A stretch of 64,000 nt of DNA from the NCBI GenBank assembly GCA_030264375.1, contig JASCQW010000132.1:36977329-37041328 (forward strand), given 5' to 3'. Below the pieces are notes generated by a model that had not been told where the DNA came from, searched no databases, and saw nothing but the letters and a program-made list of their open reading frames with translations. This document shows positions 11,050-24,480 of this stretch, piece after piece; positions within the stretch are counted from its first letter, which is position 1; each line of letters starts with the position of its first letter. Source of the stretch: Carcharhinus longimanus (Eukaryota). A program made the translations under genes and the position numbers.

Positions 11050-13859
11050 CTGTACATAAATCAAAACAAAAAACCATTATAAACCACAGAAAGTCACACA
11101 AAGTTTAGATTTTTGTCTGCTAAAGTACACAAACAAGATCTTTTTAAGTTTACAAGAATAAAAACATTCCTTAAATCAGTCAGTGAGCAATTAAAGAAAA
11201 CATAGTATTACATTCATACCAAACTGACCAAAGACATCCCGGCACTGTGCCTGAAAACCTTAATAATACGCTGAATGTGTTGAATGAGAAAACTTGGCAT
11301 GTGTCAGTTCCTTGGCTTGTAGGGTTTCCAAACCAATAGTTTAAAAGTATGACACATTAAATGCACTGCACTGTTACGTGGCACTATGCCAGACACACGT
11401 GGGAAACACTGGTGAAAGACCAACAAAGAACCTTGTAGCTCAGCATTCCTGACAATCATCCAGATGGTTCAAATTTCTAACACCATCCCCCTCCCACAAT
11501 GTTAACTACCAGGCATAAACAAATCTAGCCTAGAGTGATCCACTATATAGTAATCGCTTTGATCACCAACTCAAGTCCTTAAAGAACTGTAACTAATTTT
11601 TTATAGTAGCGAAAATCCAAATATTACAATCTTCTCTCCAGTGATAATGATAGCTGTCTGCAGCACATATTTTCCCATAGCCAATGTCTTGTTTCCAAAA
11701 TAATGTTTTTTATCTTCAGTTGAACTTTCATGCTCTTGTACCATAAATATGACCTTATAACATCTCAAAATACACACAGACACAAGTTTAACACCAGATC
11801 AAGCCATTAGTAATTCAAGTTAAATCTCAAAATCAGTTCTTCAACAGGAAAGCCAAAAATGCCAAATATATTACTGAGTTGAGGCAAACAGGCAAAATTG
11901 TTTAAGACTATTTTTGGTTCAGGTAAAATGATTGAACATTTAATAATTCAGTGCAAATGTACCTCAGTCGAGAAGGTACAGAGGGATTCAACTAACTGAA
12001 ACAAACTACACTGCACCTGGTGACCAACTCAATTTGAAAAATTCTCATCATTTCGGTCTGCAGTTGCAATATCATTAAGAGCATCCAAATTTTATGTACA
12101 CATATCAATACACACGTTACAATTTTCACACAACTCCTCAAATACTACTACCTTTTAATTATTTTATTCACTCATTACATAGAACATACATCATACAAAT
12201 TAATCTCAGAAAAGCTGTTTAAAATCTGGGATTAAGTGTGTGCAATTACTGCACATCTCAATCTGTACTCAGCAGCTAATATTCCATTGTAAAACTACCA
12301 TAATCAAGCCCTCCAAGACACAATTCAAATTTGTCAGCTCGCACCAGAGCTGTCAACTCTCAAACTAACATCAAAAGTCAATAAGATAATCTCCTAAATT
12401 TCCCTAAACTGACTGTTGTCAAATGTACCTGGACCTGAAACCCAGCCATTTGAACGAGGAAGATCCAGAAGTCAATATAGATTTGTCATATTTGCTGATG
12501 TCGACCAAGTGGCATACTAAACTGACCTTAATCCCCTGGGGTGGGAGGGGAAAATGTGCCAGTCAAGATTATCAAATGAAACATTACACAAATCTGTGTA
12601 TGCAGATATTATGATGGGCAAAATCTGGGATTTCCCAATAGCCATTGTACATATTGACTAACTGCCTGGGCTAAAAATGCAATTCATGCCAATGGAACTG
12701 TACTCCAGTGTGGTGAAGCAGGTCGAGAAAAATTATTCACTTCAGTCTCCTACTAATTAATCAGTAGCAAAATATACAGTTTACCTATGGCACTATGCTT
12801 TACAGACCAGGAAGATAACCTTTAATGATTCCTGGACAATGCTGAGATAGCAGCACATCACTACTGGAACAGCAGCATTGCCACTACAACTGACTTCAGG
12901 TTTCTGGCTAATGCAGTTTGATGAAAAGGTTGGGAAGGTGCAGGTCGAAATCAGTTCCCAACCCATTCTAAATAGGTAAATATCCAAAGACATTCTGATG
13001 ATTCACAACAGTTTTGTGATACTATAATTCAGTGCAAAAACTAGTTTCCACTCTTCCCTTCTGGATCTTCTCCCTATCCCAAATTTATCCCACTCAAGAA
13101 GAATCAGCTCCTAAATATAAGCTTCATCTGCTCTCAATTCATTATGAAGTTAGTTCTGGTTTATTTTTAAAGGACCTACATTGCTAACATTGACATCCCA
13201 TTCCCGAATACCACCGAAACAGAAGACGAATACAAGATTATATTTAATATGGTATCCCTGATATTCATTAGTAAATTGTAGCATTCAGGTTTGCACATGA
13301 ACAACAGACAGGTGAAAGAATCAGAGGGTTAAACAGCTCCTGTGGTGCCACAACCCTGTGAAGTGGAGACATATGATAGAAAGTTGACTTATATTTGTAC
13401 AAAGAAATACAAGGGAACAGCACCAACAAGGCAAAAATATAAAATTATCTTTGTTTATTTTCAAATAAACTATTTCAAGGCAATTATTATTACACAAGAC
13501 TAAATCTATGGACCATGCACATGCACTAATAATAATTAACAATGACAGCATTAAGCAAAGCTTGAGCAGTACACCATTACAACCAACTGAACCTTGAGGT
13601 CATTGTTAACTGATAGTTTTTTTTAAATAAGAAAAGGATATTATTTTATTTCTGGCATTTTTTGACATGTATTCTGTCCATCACAAGCATGAAGCTCTGT
13701 TTTAAGTATTAATACAATTCCTTGCAATATATTTAAAATGAAAGGATAATATCCTTGAAGATTCAAGAAGTGACTCAGCTAGTTGAAGACTCTCATTTAT
13801 AATCTTCCCTCAACAGCAAAAGCTGGGCCATTAGTGGAACATGTGGGACGACAGTAAGA

Positions 13860-14730
13860 GAAGATCTTAGCTCCAAAGAGCAGGAAATAAAGTCAGTGTA
13901 GGTGGAAATAAGGGGGAGAAAACACAAATGGGAACATTTTGAAGGCCATCTAGTCGGAGCTGTACTATTGGACAGCATATTAAATCAAGAAATCAGAGCT
14001 GTTTATAACAAAGGTAATGCAAGAATCATGGAAGATGTTAACGTTCATAGAGACTGCCATTTGAATTGGCAAAAGGTGTTTGAAGGACAAGTTTGTAAAA
14101 TGCTTTCAAGATGGTTTCCAAAAACAATGCATCTTGGATCAAAGGAAAAGGCTGCTTTGGAGCTTGTATGGTATAATTACAGGATAAATTAATAATCTCA
14201 TACAAGCATTCTCTAGAGAAGAGTGATCATGTGACAGAATTTCACATCCCATTTACATTCAAGAATAATGTACTTCAATCCAACACTGGAGTAATAAATT
14301 TAAAATAAAGCTAATTATTTCAGTGAGAGAGATGAGTTAACTAAGGTAATTGGAAAATTACATTAAAATCTGTGATGGTGAATAAGTAATGACAAACATT
14401 GAATAAATATTCAGAATCCTCAACAAAGGTACTTTCCTTCAAGAAATAAAAACAGATCCAACAATAGTTGAAGAAATTTAAGAATGGTATTTGATAATAC
14501 AATTTAACGTTGCCAAGCCATAGTTCTGAGGATTGGGCCAAAGGACGGCCTAGAAAATGATAAAGAGGAAGAATACCGAATCTGAAAAAAAACTGTCAGA
14601 AAATTTGAGAACATATTAGAAGAGTTTCTAGCAGATTGTAACAGAATACAAAGTAAACAGTGGGCTGCTTAGAGGCTGAGGCAAAATATGAGGAATGAGT
14701 TAATGACAGAAACTTTAAAAGCAAATAGTG
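13860..14730 (+). mobile_element. Old CR1-like LINE fragment (endonuclease and linker region); resumes at about 16680-16934 after the Rex1 insertion
   Basis: ORF 13902-14192 resembles CR1 endonuclease (MEIRGRK...INQEIRAVYNKGNARIMEDVN). The 16680-16934 piece gives the RT N-terminus (AADVTLLFK). Confidence 0.5.
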
Positions 14731-14732
14731 TG

Positions 14733-16668
14733 ATTTTGATTGATTTATTACCACATGTACTAGTATACAGTGAAAAATATTGTTTCTTGCATGCTATACA
14801 AAGCATACTGTACATAAAGGAGGAAAGGAGTGAACAATGTAGTGTTACAGTCATAGCTAGGGTGAAGAGAAAGATCAACTTAATGAGAGACAAGTCCATT
14901 CAAAAGTCTGACAGCAGCAGGGAAGAAGCTGTTCTTGAGTCAGTTGGTACATGACCTGAGGCTTTTGTATCTTTTTCCCCAAAGGAAGAAGGTGGAAAAG
15001 ACTATGTCCAGGGTGCGTGGGGTCCTTGGTTATGCTGGCTGCTTTTCCGAGGCAGCAGGAAGTGTAGACAGAATCAATGGATGGGAAGCTGGTTTCTGTG
15101 ATGGACTGGGATTCATTCACAACCCTTTGCAGTTTATCACCGTCTTGGATGGAGCAGGAGCCATACCAAGCTGTGATACAACCAGAAAGAAAGAATGCTT
15201 TCTATAATGCATCTATAAAAGTTGGAGAGAGGTAGCGGATATGCCAAATTTCCATAGTCTCCTGAGAAAGTACAGACGTTGGTGGGCTTTCTTAACTATA
15301 ACATTGCTATGGAGGGACTGGGACAGGCTGTTGGTGATCTGGCCACCTAGCAACTTGAAGCTCTCGACCATTTCCACTTCTTCCCTGTTGATGTAGACGG
15401 GGCAAGTCCTCCACTATGCTTCCTAAAGTCAATGGCTATCTCTTTCATTTTGTTGACAAAGAGAGAGATTATTGTTGCCGCACCAGTTCACATCTCCTTT
15501 CTGTACTCTATCTCATCATTGTTAGAGATCCAACCCACTATGGTGGTATCATCAGCAAACTTGAAAATCGAGATGGAGGGGCATTTGGTCAAACAGTCAT
15601 CAGTGTATAAGTAACGTATGGGGCTGAAGACACAGCCTTGTGGTGCACCGGTGTTGAGGATGATCGTGGAGGTGGTGTTGTCATCTATCCTTACTGATTA
15701 TGGTCTGTAGGTTTGGAAGTTAGGATCCAGTCACAGAGAGGAGTTGAGTCCCAGGCCACGGCGTTTGGAGATGGGGCTTGTAGGAATAATGCTATTGATG
15801 GTTGAGTTGTCGTCAATAAATAGGTGTCTTTTGTCATCTTAGTGTTGCGGGGTTGAGTGTAGGGCCAGGGAGATGGCACCTGCTGTGGACCTATTGCAGC
15901 AACAGGTAAACTGTAATGGATCCAGGCCATCTGGGAGGCCAGAACTGGTTAATGCCATGACAAATCTTTCAAAGCACTTCATAATGATGGATGTCAGAAT
16001 CACTGGACGGTAGTCATTAAAACACACTGCCTGGCTTTTTTTTGATGATCATCTTCTTGAAGCAGATAAAGAGAATTGTCTGCGAATACCCCTGCCAGCT
16101 GGTCCACGCAGGATCTGAGTACTCGTCTGGATACTTAATCTGGTAAAAAGTCTGACAACACCAGGTTTAAGTCCAACCAATTTATTTGATAGTAAACTCA
16201 CAAAACTTCAGGTGAATGGTAAATGTACCCTATCTGGACCAATCACTTTCCACGTGTTGACTTTTGAGAAAGCTGCTTTGACATCTACGAGGGAGACCTC
16301 TGTTACACATTCTTCTGAAGTTCCCAGGACGGAGATTATGTTCTTGCTGACCTCTTGCTCAAACCGGGCATAGAACACATCTAGCTCATTGGGGAGGGAT
16401 GCATTATGGTGGTAATTTCATACACTTTCATCTTGTAGCCTGTTATGTTTTGCAGACCTTGCCATAGGCAGTGGGAGTCCATGTGGCTATCCTGGGATTC
16501 TGACTTGTTCCGATACTGTCTTTTGGCATCTCTGATGGATGATATCTGGATTTCTTGTATAGGCCTGGGTCACCTGACTTGAACGCTTCAGACCTGGGTT
16601 TCAGCAAGCAGTGCATATCCCTGTTAATTCATAGTTTCCGGTTAGGAAATACATGGATGGTCTTCACA
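14733..16668 (-). mobile_element. Rex1/Babar-type retrotransposon, second copy, opposite orientation
   Basis: ORFs 15839-16027 (CFNDYRPVILTSIIMKCFERFVMA...LDPLQF...NRSTAGAISLALH) and 14875-15120 (SIDSVYTSCCLGKAASITKDPTHPGHSLFHLLPLG). Ends TGTGGTAATAAATCAATCAAAATCA on the minus strand. Clearly homologous to 2780-5478. Confidence 0.88.
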
Positions 16669-17689
16669 CTGGAAGACATAAAAAAACAGAAATAGTAGAG
16701 AACCTAGGGTTTTATTATTAGTTAAGAATGGCAATTAATGGGATTAAAAGCTGATTTAATACCCAGGATGTCACTCAAACTCCTGAGTTCAAAAAGACGT
16801 GGCCGCAAAGACAATGGATGCAGTGGTTACGGTCCTCTAAAATTCCCTAGATTCTGATATGCTTCTAGTGAGTATGAAGGCAGCAGATGTAACACTGCTG
16901 TTCAAAACAAGGGAGTGTGGAAGGAGTAAATAGGNNNNNNNNNNNNNNNNNNNNNNNNNNNNNNNNNNNNNNNNNNNNNNNNNNNNNNNNNNNNNNNNNN
17001 NNNNNNNNNNNNNNNNNNNNNNNNNNNNNNNNNNNNNNNNNNNNNNNNNNNNNNNNNNNNNNNNNNNNNNNNNNNNNNNNNNNNNNNNNNNNNNNNNNNN
17101 NNNNNNNNNNNNNNNNNNNNNNNNNNNNNNNNNNNNNNNNNNNNNNNNNNNNNNNNNNNNNNNNNNNNNNNNNNNNNNNNNNNNNNNNNNNNNNNNNNNN
17201 NNNNNNNNNNNNNNNNNNNNNNNNNNNNNCCAGAAGCAGTACATCCCCCACCCCACCCTCGAAAACTGATAATGGGGACATTATGAAAATAAGGAAATCG
17301 CAGAAATGACAAATTAGTTTGCATCTGTATTTAGAGCAGATGAAGTAGTCAGTGTAGACTTGTTAGCTAGTTGGGAATTTATTATAATCAAGTTTATAAT
17401 TAAACATAGGGTGACAGAGGTTTGGAGCCCTTTCCATAAACAGCAATTGATATTCAATCATTAATTTTAAATCCAAGATAGACAGATTTTTGTTGTTGGT
17501 ACTGAAAGGCAGAGGTAGTAAAGCAAACTTTAAAAAGAGAGATGACTAAGAACAATTAAAAATGAAAATTAAACAACTAAAAAGGAGATAACAAATAAAT
17601 ATCTACTTGTGTATAATAATCTACCATGATTCACTGGTTTCTTCAAATCAATTTTGTTAAACAACCTTTAGTGTGATGGCGTGTCAAAT

Positions 17690-18740
17690 GCTTGCTTAAA
17701 ATACATATAATACAACGTCCACAGTAATCCCTTTATCACCCTTCTTTGCTACTTCAAAACATTTGATTAGATTAATCAAGCAGGATCTGCTTTTTACAAG
17801 TCCATGGTGGTTTTTCTCAAATAACTCAAACCTCTTCAAATGCTTGATGTTTTTTCCCCAATTCAGATACCAAAACCATACCCACCACTGATGTTAAGAC
17901 TAACTGGCTTATAGTTGCTAGTCTGGAGCTTGTGTTGTTTCTTGACGAACAGTGTCATATTTGTCACACTCCAATCCTCCAGTACCTCCCCACATCCGGG
18001 GAGGCTCGGAAAATTAAGAGTCATCCTCACTTCCTTCAGCAATCTAGAACGCAACTTATCCAGTCCAAGTGACTTATCTACCCGAAGCTTAACTAGCCTT
18101 TCCATTACCACTTCCCTTTCAACTTTCATTGCCTCCTCTATCTCGGCTTCTATTGAAGATGTCAGATCTCTCTTCCTTAGTAAATACCAATCCAAAGAAT
18201 TCAGTTAAGTATTCTAGCCTGACCTGTGCTTCTAAGCACTTATCATCATCTTTGTCCACCTCACTTAGTATTTACGTGCAGGTAGATTTTGGTGTTCCCT
18301 TTTATTATGTTGCCAGTCTACTTTCATATTCTGTCTTTGCCAGTCTTATTTTCCTCTTCACCTCCCTTCTCAACCCAACATGTTTGACCTGTTTTCACTT
18401 GAACTCACCCAATAAACATGTGACCGTAAGATGAAGCAGCAGAAATAGACCAGTCATTCAGTCTGTTCCACCAATGAGATCATAACTAATCTGACATGAT
18501 AATCCTCATCTCCACTTTCCCACTTTATGTCTCTAATCCTTGATTCCCTTGCCGATTAAAAGTCTATCTCAGCCCTGAACGTAGTTAATGGCCGAGCCGT
18601 TTCAGCCCTTACAGCAAAGGATTTCACATATTTCCCCCCACAATCTCAATAAGGCCATCTCTCATTTTTCTAAACTCCAATGCATGCAGGATCAACCTCA
18701 TCTCACAAAAGAAAATATCTCCAAACCCAGGATCAACCTA
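17690..18740 (-). mobile_element. CR1-like LINE fragments (RT N-terminal part and a separate 3' end)
   Basis: ORF 17863-18195 (LRVDKSLGLDKL..RLLKEV...EDWSVTNMTLFVKK...NYKPVSL). A reverse CR1 3' UTR starts near 18430. Confidence 0.7.
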
Positions 18741-18754
18741 GTGAACACCAAGAT

Positions 18755-18950
18755 AAAAGCAAAATACTGCAGATGCTGGAATGTGAAACAAAAACAGAAA
18801 ATGCTGGAAAATCTCAGCAGGGCTGACAGCATCTGTACCGAGAGAACAGAGCCAACGGTGAGCCTGGATCACCCTGCATCAGAGCTCACTCTCTCCACAG
18901 ATGCTGTCAGACTTGCTGGGATTTTCCAGCATTTTCTGTTTTTGTTTCAA
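18755..18950. repeat. Palindromic non-autonomous element (Penelope-like terminal repeats in inverted orientation)
   Basis: Left arm tgaaacaaaaacagaaaatgctggaaaatctcagcagggctgacagcatctgt is the near-perfect reverse complement of right arm acagatgctgtcagacttgctgggattttccagcattttctgtttttgtttca. Related copies at about 1995-2095, 25322-25460 and 61050-61392. Confidence 0.75.
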
Positions 18951-19289
18951 CCTAATGAACCTTCTCTGGACTGTATCCAATGCCTGCATATATTTCCTTA
19001 AAGATGGGGACCACCATAAAGCTTCGTACACGTTCCTTTTATGTTCCATCATAATCGAAGTCCTTTGTCACCCGATGCGCCTTTTTTTTTAAGATTCTGA
19101 TAAGGGTGTATGGAAGGGAATATATATACACCACATACCTGAACATCTTTGCCTTAAATATCACCCATTGTTCCATTCTTGACTATTTTTTGTGTCACAG
19201 TATAAGCTTAATTTTACCTGAGCTAGATTCCTTCTCATCACATTGAAATTAGCACTCTTGCATTAGTAAAGTCCCTTTAATAAGAGACC

Positions 19290-20590
19290 ACACAGAAGCT
19301 TAGTAAACAAAATTAGAGCATGTGGAATAAGGGGGAAATGTATTGACATGGATTGAGGGCTTGTTAAGGACAGAACACAGTCGTAGAAATAAATTGGTTA
19401 TTCTTAGGTTGGCAGACTGCAACTAGTGAAGTTCTACAAGGATCAATACTTGGATCCCAGCTGTTCACAATCTACATCAATGGTGTGGATGCAAGGACCA
19501 AAGGTAACATTTCCAAAGTTAGCTAATGGCACAAAACCTGGTGGCAGAAAGATTTGGGGAAGGATGCAAAGAGTCTTCAAGAGGACTTGACAGGCTTAGA
19601 TTGTGGGCAAGAACAGGGCAGATGGCATATAATACAAAAAAATGTGAAGTTCCTCACTTTTGTTCGGAAAAACAGAAATGCAGATTATTTACTAAAATGG
19701 TGAGAGATCAGGAATTGTTGACGGCAAATTGCGCGGAGGGAGTGGAGAGTCTGCAGAAGGATCTAGATAGGCTGGGTGAATGGGCCAGGAACTGGCAAAT
19801 GGAATTTAATGTTGGCAANNNNNNNNNNNNNNNNNNNNNNNNNNNNNNNNNNNNNNNNNNNNNNNNNNNNNNNNNNNNNNNNNNNNNNNNNNNNNNNNNN
19901 NNNNNNNNNNNNNNNNNNTGAATGGCGGGGCAGGCTCGAAGGGCTAGATGGCCTACTCCTGCTCCTATTTCTTATGTTCTTATGTTCTTAAAAGGTGTCC
20001 TTCTTCACATGTCATTGAAAGCTAACATGCTGGTGCAACAAGCAATTAGGAAGGCAAATGGTTTTTACTGCAAGGGGATTTGGATACATGAATAAAGATG
20101 TCTTGCTTCACTTGTATAGAACCGTAGTTCGATCACACCTGGAGTATTACATACAGTTTTGATCCCCTTGCTGAAGAGAGGACATACTTGCCACAGAGGG
20201 AGCACAGGAAACGTGCACCAAACAACTTCCTGGGATGATGGGACTGTCCTGTGAGGAGAATTTGAGGAGACTAGACCTTCTCTTCGCCAGAATGTTGATG
20301 AATGAGATGGAAACTTACAACATTCATGGGGCTAGAGGGGTCAATCATGTGGTGTGTAATATCAATGGTCACAGTCTCAGACTGAACAATTCTCTACCTC
20401 AGAGGGCTGTGGAAGCTCAGTTGTTGAAAATGTTCAAGACAGTGATCAAAAAGTTTCCAAATGCTAGTGATGACATAGGAGATTAAGGGAGCATGGAAAA
20501 ATGATGCTGAGGCAGATGATCAGTCATGATCTAGTTGAATGGTGGAACAGGCTTGAGGGGGTGAATGGCCTACACATGCTCCTATAGTAA
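19290..20590 (+). mobile_element. Old CR1 LINE with a younger 5'-truncated CR1 nested at about 19720-19990 (spanning a 100-N gap)
   Basis: The RT segment occurs twice (SSRGLDRLRLWARTGQMAYN and ESLQKDLDRLGEWARNWQMEFNV). The inner copy ends in the tail ttcttatgttcttatgttctt at about 19990. The outer copy resumes and ends at ...gaatggcctacacatgctcctata near 20586. Confidence 0.8.
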
Positions 20591-23500
20591 AACTAGTTCC
20601 CTTATTTCTGCAGCAGAGTCTTATACCATGCAACTCTGATTTACAAATCTGTTGCTATTTCAGGATGCTCATTTTAAGAATGCAAATTTAGAAAGCCAGT
20701 GAATAGACTTTCCTCTCCAACCTCTTGATCTCAAAGGCACCTCAATTGTTAAGCTTTAAAATAAGGTTGTTCATCAAAACATATACAAATATAAAATAAT
20801 GTAATTTTCATTTACAATACTCAGAACAGATGTGCAACACTAATGCAGTAACACCATACTAAATTCAGGAAAGAAAATCATATTCCTTATAAAGTTATCA
20901 TACATTTAAAAATAGGAAGGCACTAGATAACAAACAATAAAATTTTATAAAAGTCAATGTATTTTGATTTTAATAAAAACCAGTGTCAGGGAAGCTCAAA
21001 CACTGCAAATGAGCTAAATATGAACAGTTGTGATTTTAATCCACTTCAATTAAGTTATCCAGACTTTTAAAATAGTCTGCTCAATAGTCCAGCTGGTACC
21101 TCAAAAACTACAACGTAAGACAGAGATTTTAAAACACATCATGCACTTTAGCTCTACAGCAGCAAAATTAAACTTCAGCATATAGCTCCAGATTTAAAAT
21201 ATTTCATGCAGGCAAACACACAAAAGTATGTGACAAACAGTAATTCACCTGTCAAAAAGCCATTGGGAGCTAAGGGAACCAAACAACCGAGGAACTTCAC
21301 AAGAAAAAAAATGAAAAACAAGTCGAACAAAAATCTGGTTTATTCCAGTGAGCAACTTAGTTGCCTTCAAAATTATTAGCTGCATGCAACACAATATTAT
21401 GACAAGCAAAACAGTACAAGTATGAATCATGCACATTTTTATCACATAATAAAAACTTGAAATTAGAGAGACATCAAAGTTCTTTACAGATTCTTAATTT
21501 TTCCATTCTGATTTCTTTCCTAATTTTTAACACAAATTTTAACTCCACCGCTTCTAAACTCATCAACACCTTGCTGAAAGGTACCACTCTCCTACAATCC
21601 CTTGCCATTTTACATGCATGATTCAAGACAGCAAGCCATGTGTCAAGTATTGCACTGAAGCCGAATGTACTATAACCTCTCCGATCTAAAATCTATTGTT
21701 CAGGAACACCAGTTGTCGAGAAATCTTTTAGCAGACCCAAACAACTCAGACTTGCACACCGCAATAAATCAAGGCAGCATGGGCTCAGTAAAGATAATGA
21801 ACGCTTAACTCTTCCTTCCTGTAGATCACAGTATTTTTAGAAAGACAGTTCTGGAGCAAGCAGAGCAGGTATCAAATACAAGATAAAAATGTTAAACAAA
21901 CTCAAAGTTGTGTTCATATAACCCAAGGCTTGTAATCCGCATTAGCTGGCCACCCTGGCTTGCTCTTGCTGTTGATCAGTCACTTATGTTTCAGGTAACT
22001 ATTTATACCTACTGCATTTTTCAGTTCAAGCATTTCAGTCATTCTACAATCCAAAAAATTTCAAAATCCAGAAATTACTTGATCCCAAACATTCTGGACA
22101 GGAGAGATAACAATATATTGTCTTTATACAACAAGTTCCAGCAAAGATCACTGGATACTGATCAGGAACAGAAAACCAACCAACTTCTTGAGATCAATTA
22201 ACTGCCCCAATTGAGAACAAACAAGTAGAGACTTGAAATCAAACCAACTTTAGAGCCATCCACAGATATTTCTTTCAGCTATTCTTCACATTAACTATCT
22301 GAACCATCCAGGGCAAAAAGAAATCCAAAGGTAAGGATTCTGAAAACCTACACAGCTAAGTGTCAGTGAGTTCAGAGAAGCTATAGAAGCTGAGGAGAGA
22401 CCCATTTGTCACAAAGCAACTCAAAACAATGAGCCTTTGGTAAGGTGCAATGTGCTGGGTAAGTCTTCATGCAATTGTAAAACACCCAGCGTATGTTGAG
22501 TTGCAATAAGTAACGAGGGGAATTTGTTCATACAGCAGAAAAATAACTCCTTAGTAATAATACTAAAAATATCTTGGTATTATTTTAGTATTATCAGGCA
22601 AATCCAGCACAGCTGATCACAAGTCAACATAAATCCATTAGGAATCTCTGACTAAAAGACTAACTGAAGAGTGATCTTCCCAATGGCAAGTCCTAACAAT
22701 TCCAGCACTTTTGCATAGCCTTATAGCTGATTCCACAATTTGGGTTTTACAAGCCTCACACTGATCATAATGATTAGAGATCTCTTGTAGAAAAACTCTA
22801 ACAAAATACAGTGACCAAAAAAAAATCAACCAAATAATTAGTATATTGAAAAAAGTTTAAGTAAAAATTATATTTCACTAATCCTCAGTAGTATATAGAT
22901 TTATGAAATCACCATGACCATAACATCAACATGTAGTAATGAACATTCCTTGCATTTAAATTTATTTTGTTCCTTGTAAGGTAAAGTAAATAGGAACAAT
23001 ATTTCATCAACTTCTCTGAAACTGCTTACAAAAAGAAAAATTGGCTACAAAAACAATAGTACTAAAAAATTTGGTTTATCAACCTAAGTAAGGCCTGTCA
23101 GCACACCACAACTTATTTGAAATCACCATCCACTATGATTTTTAAATGGGGACGGGTAACTTTAAACTTTAGAAACCTTGCAGATGTCTGCAAGAGCTCT
23201 GGTTTCAAGAGATATAAATCACATTATGTCAAACAAGGATTGAGCAAGAGGAGAACTGCCGTACCATTGTATGTATGCTTATCTTGTTACACCCAATAAG
23301 AATAAGGACACTCTTTGGATATAATGTGTCCTGTTTAATGAGCTACATATTATAAAAATAGGTAATGCTCATACAAAGCAATATTCTTTCAATACAAGCA
23401 AAATTGTTAAAGGCCTCAGCATATATTCCACTGTTGTAAGTTTTACTTTTACATATTCTTCCCATTTATTGCAACTGAAGAGCATGTTCAAAGCCAAGGC

Positions 23501-23779
23501 AAAAAACAATTAATTTAAAAATCTAATTTTACACATCCTACCCATGATCATATCACACTGGCACTCAGTACTTTAATTAATATGGTACTGTAATTCTAAG
23601 GCTAAGACAGTTATCTCAGAGTTGGTCTGTTTGCTCTCCTGACTCAGTAAGTTTACTTAATAGATAAGCTCACTGAGCAAACCTAAAGAGTCAATGCCTG
23701 CCAAAATGAAACAAGGGAAGACGGAAAATAAATGATTACCTCCAGCCCCTCCACTTACAGGATTCCAGGTTTTATAAAC

Positions 23780-24480
23780 AATAGAGACAGAGTACAAAAG
23801 CACAGGAATTCTGGTGAATCCTTTTAAAAATACTTGTTCAGTCTCAAATGGAGTATTGAGTTCAATACTGGGCACCACACTTCCTAGGAGCGTGAAATCA
23901 ATGGAAAGGGAGCCGAAAAAATTTATGAAAATTATCCAAGAGATGAGGGGCTTCTGCACTTGGACAGATTAGAAAAGCTGGAGGTGTTCTCCCTGTAACA
24001 AACGGTTAACCGTGTTTAAAATCATGAGGGATCTGGACTGATATGGAGAAGCCACACTCACTGGCGGAAGGGTCGAGAACCAGAGGACACCGATTTAAAG
24101 TGAATGGCAAAAGAACATAAGGAAAAACCTTTTTTTAAAAACACAGCAATTGNNNNNNNNNNNNNNNNNNNNNNNNNNNNNNNNNNNNNNNNNNNNNNNN
24201 NNNNNNNNNNNNNNNNNNNNNNNNNNNNNNNNNNNNNNNNNNNNNNNNNNNNGAAAAACCTTTTTTTAAAAACACAGCAATTGGTTAGAACCTGTAATGC
24301 ATAACCTGAATGTGGCAGAGCCATATCCAATCAAGGTGTTTAAAAGTGAACTGGATAATTGTCTAAAAGAAGAAAATTGCAGGGGAAGATGCAAGAGAGT
24401 GGGGTTAATTGAGTTACTGTTGCAGACAGCCAGCATAGGCATGACAGGCCAAACATTACAGCATAAAATTAGGTAATTCT
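23780..24480 (+). mobile_element. CR1 LINE 3' fragment
   Basis: gagtattgagttcaatactgggcaccacac (YCVQFWAPH-like), ttagaaaagctggaggtgttctccct, gaaccagaggacaccgatttaaag and a CR1-type 3' UTR. Confidence 0.75.

Noticed and set aside
21910-22110. Possible Tigger/MER2-like MITE end (aaaatccagaaattacttgatcccaaacattctggacaggag)
   Set aside because: Too degraded to define both terminal repeats, so not listed as a feature.
22557-22594. Small hairpin ataatactaaaa...ttttagtattat
   Set aside because: A 12-bp AT-only stem, plausible by chance in AT-rich intron DNA and too short for a pre-miRNA.
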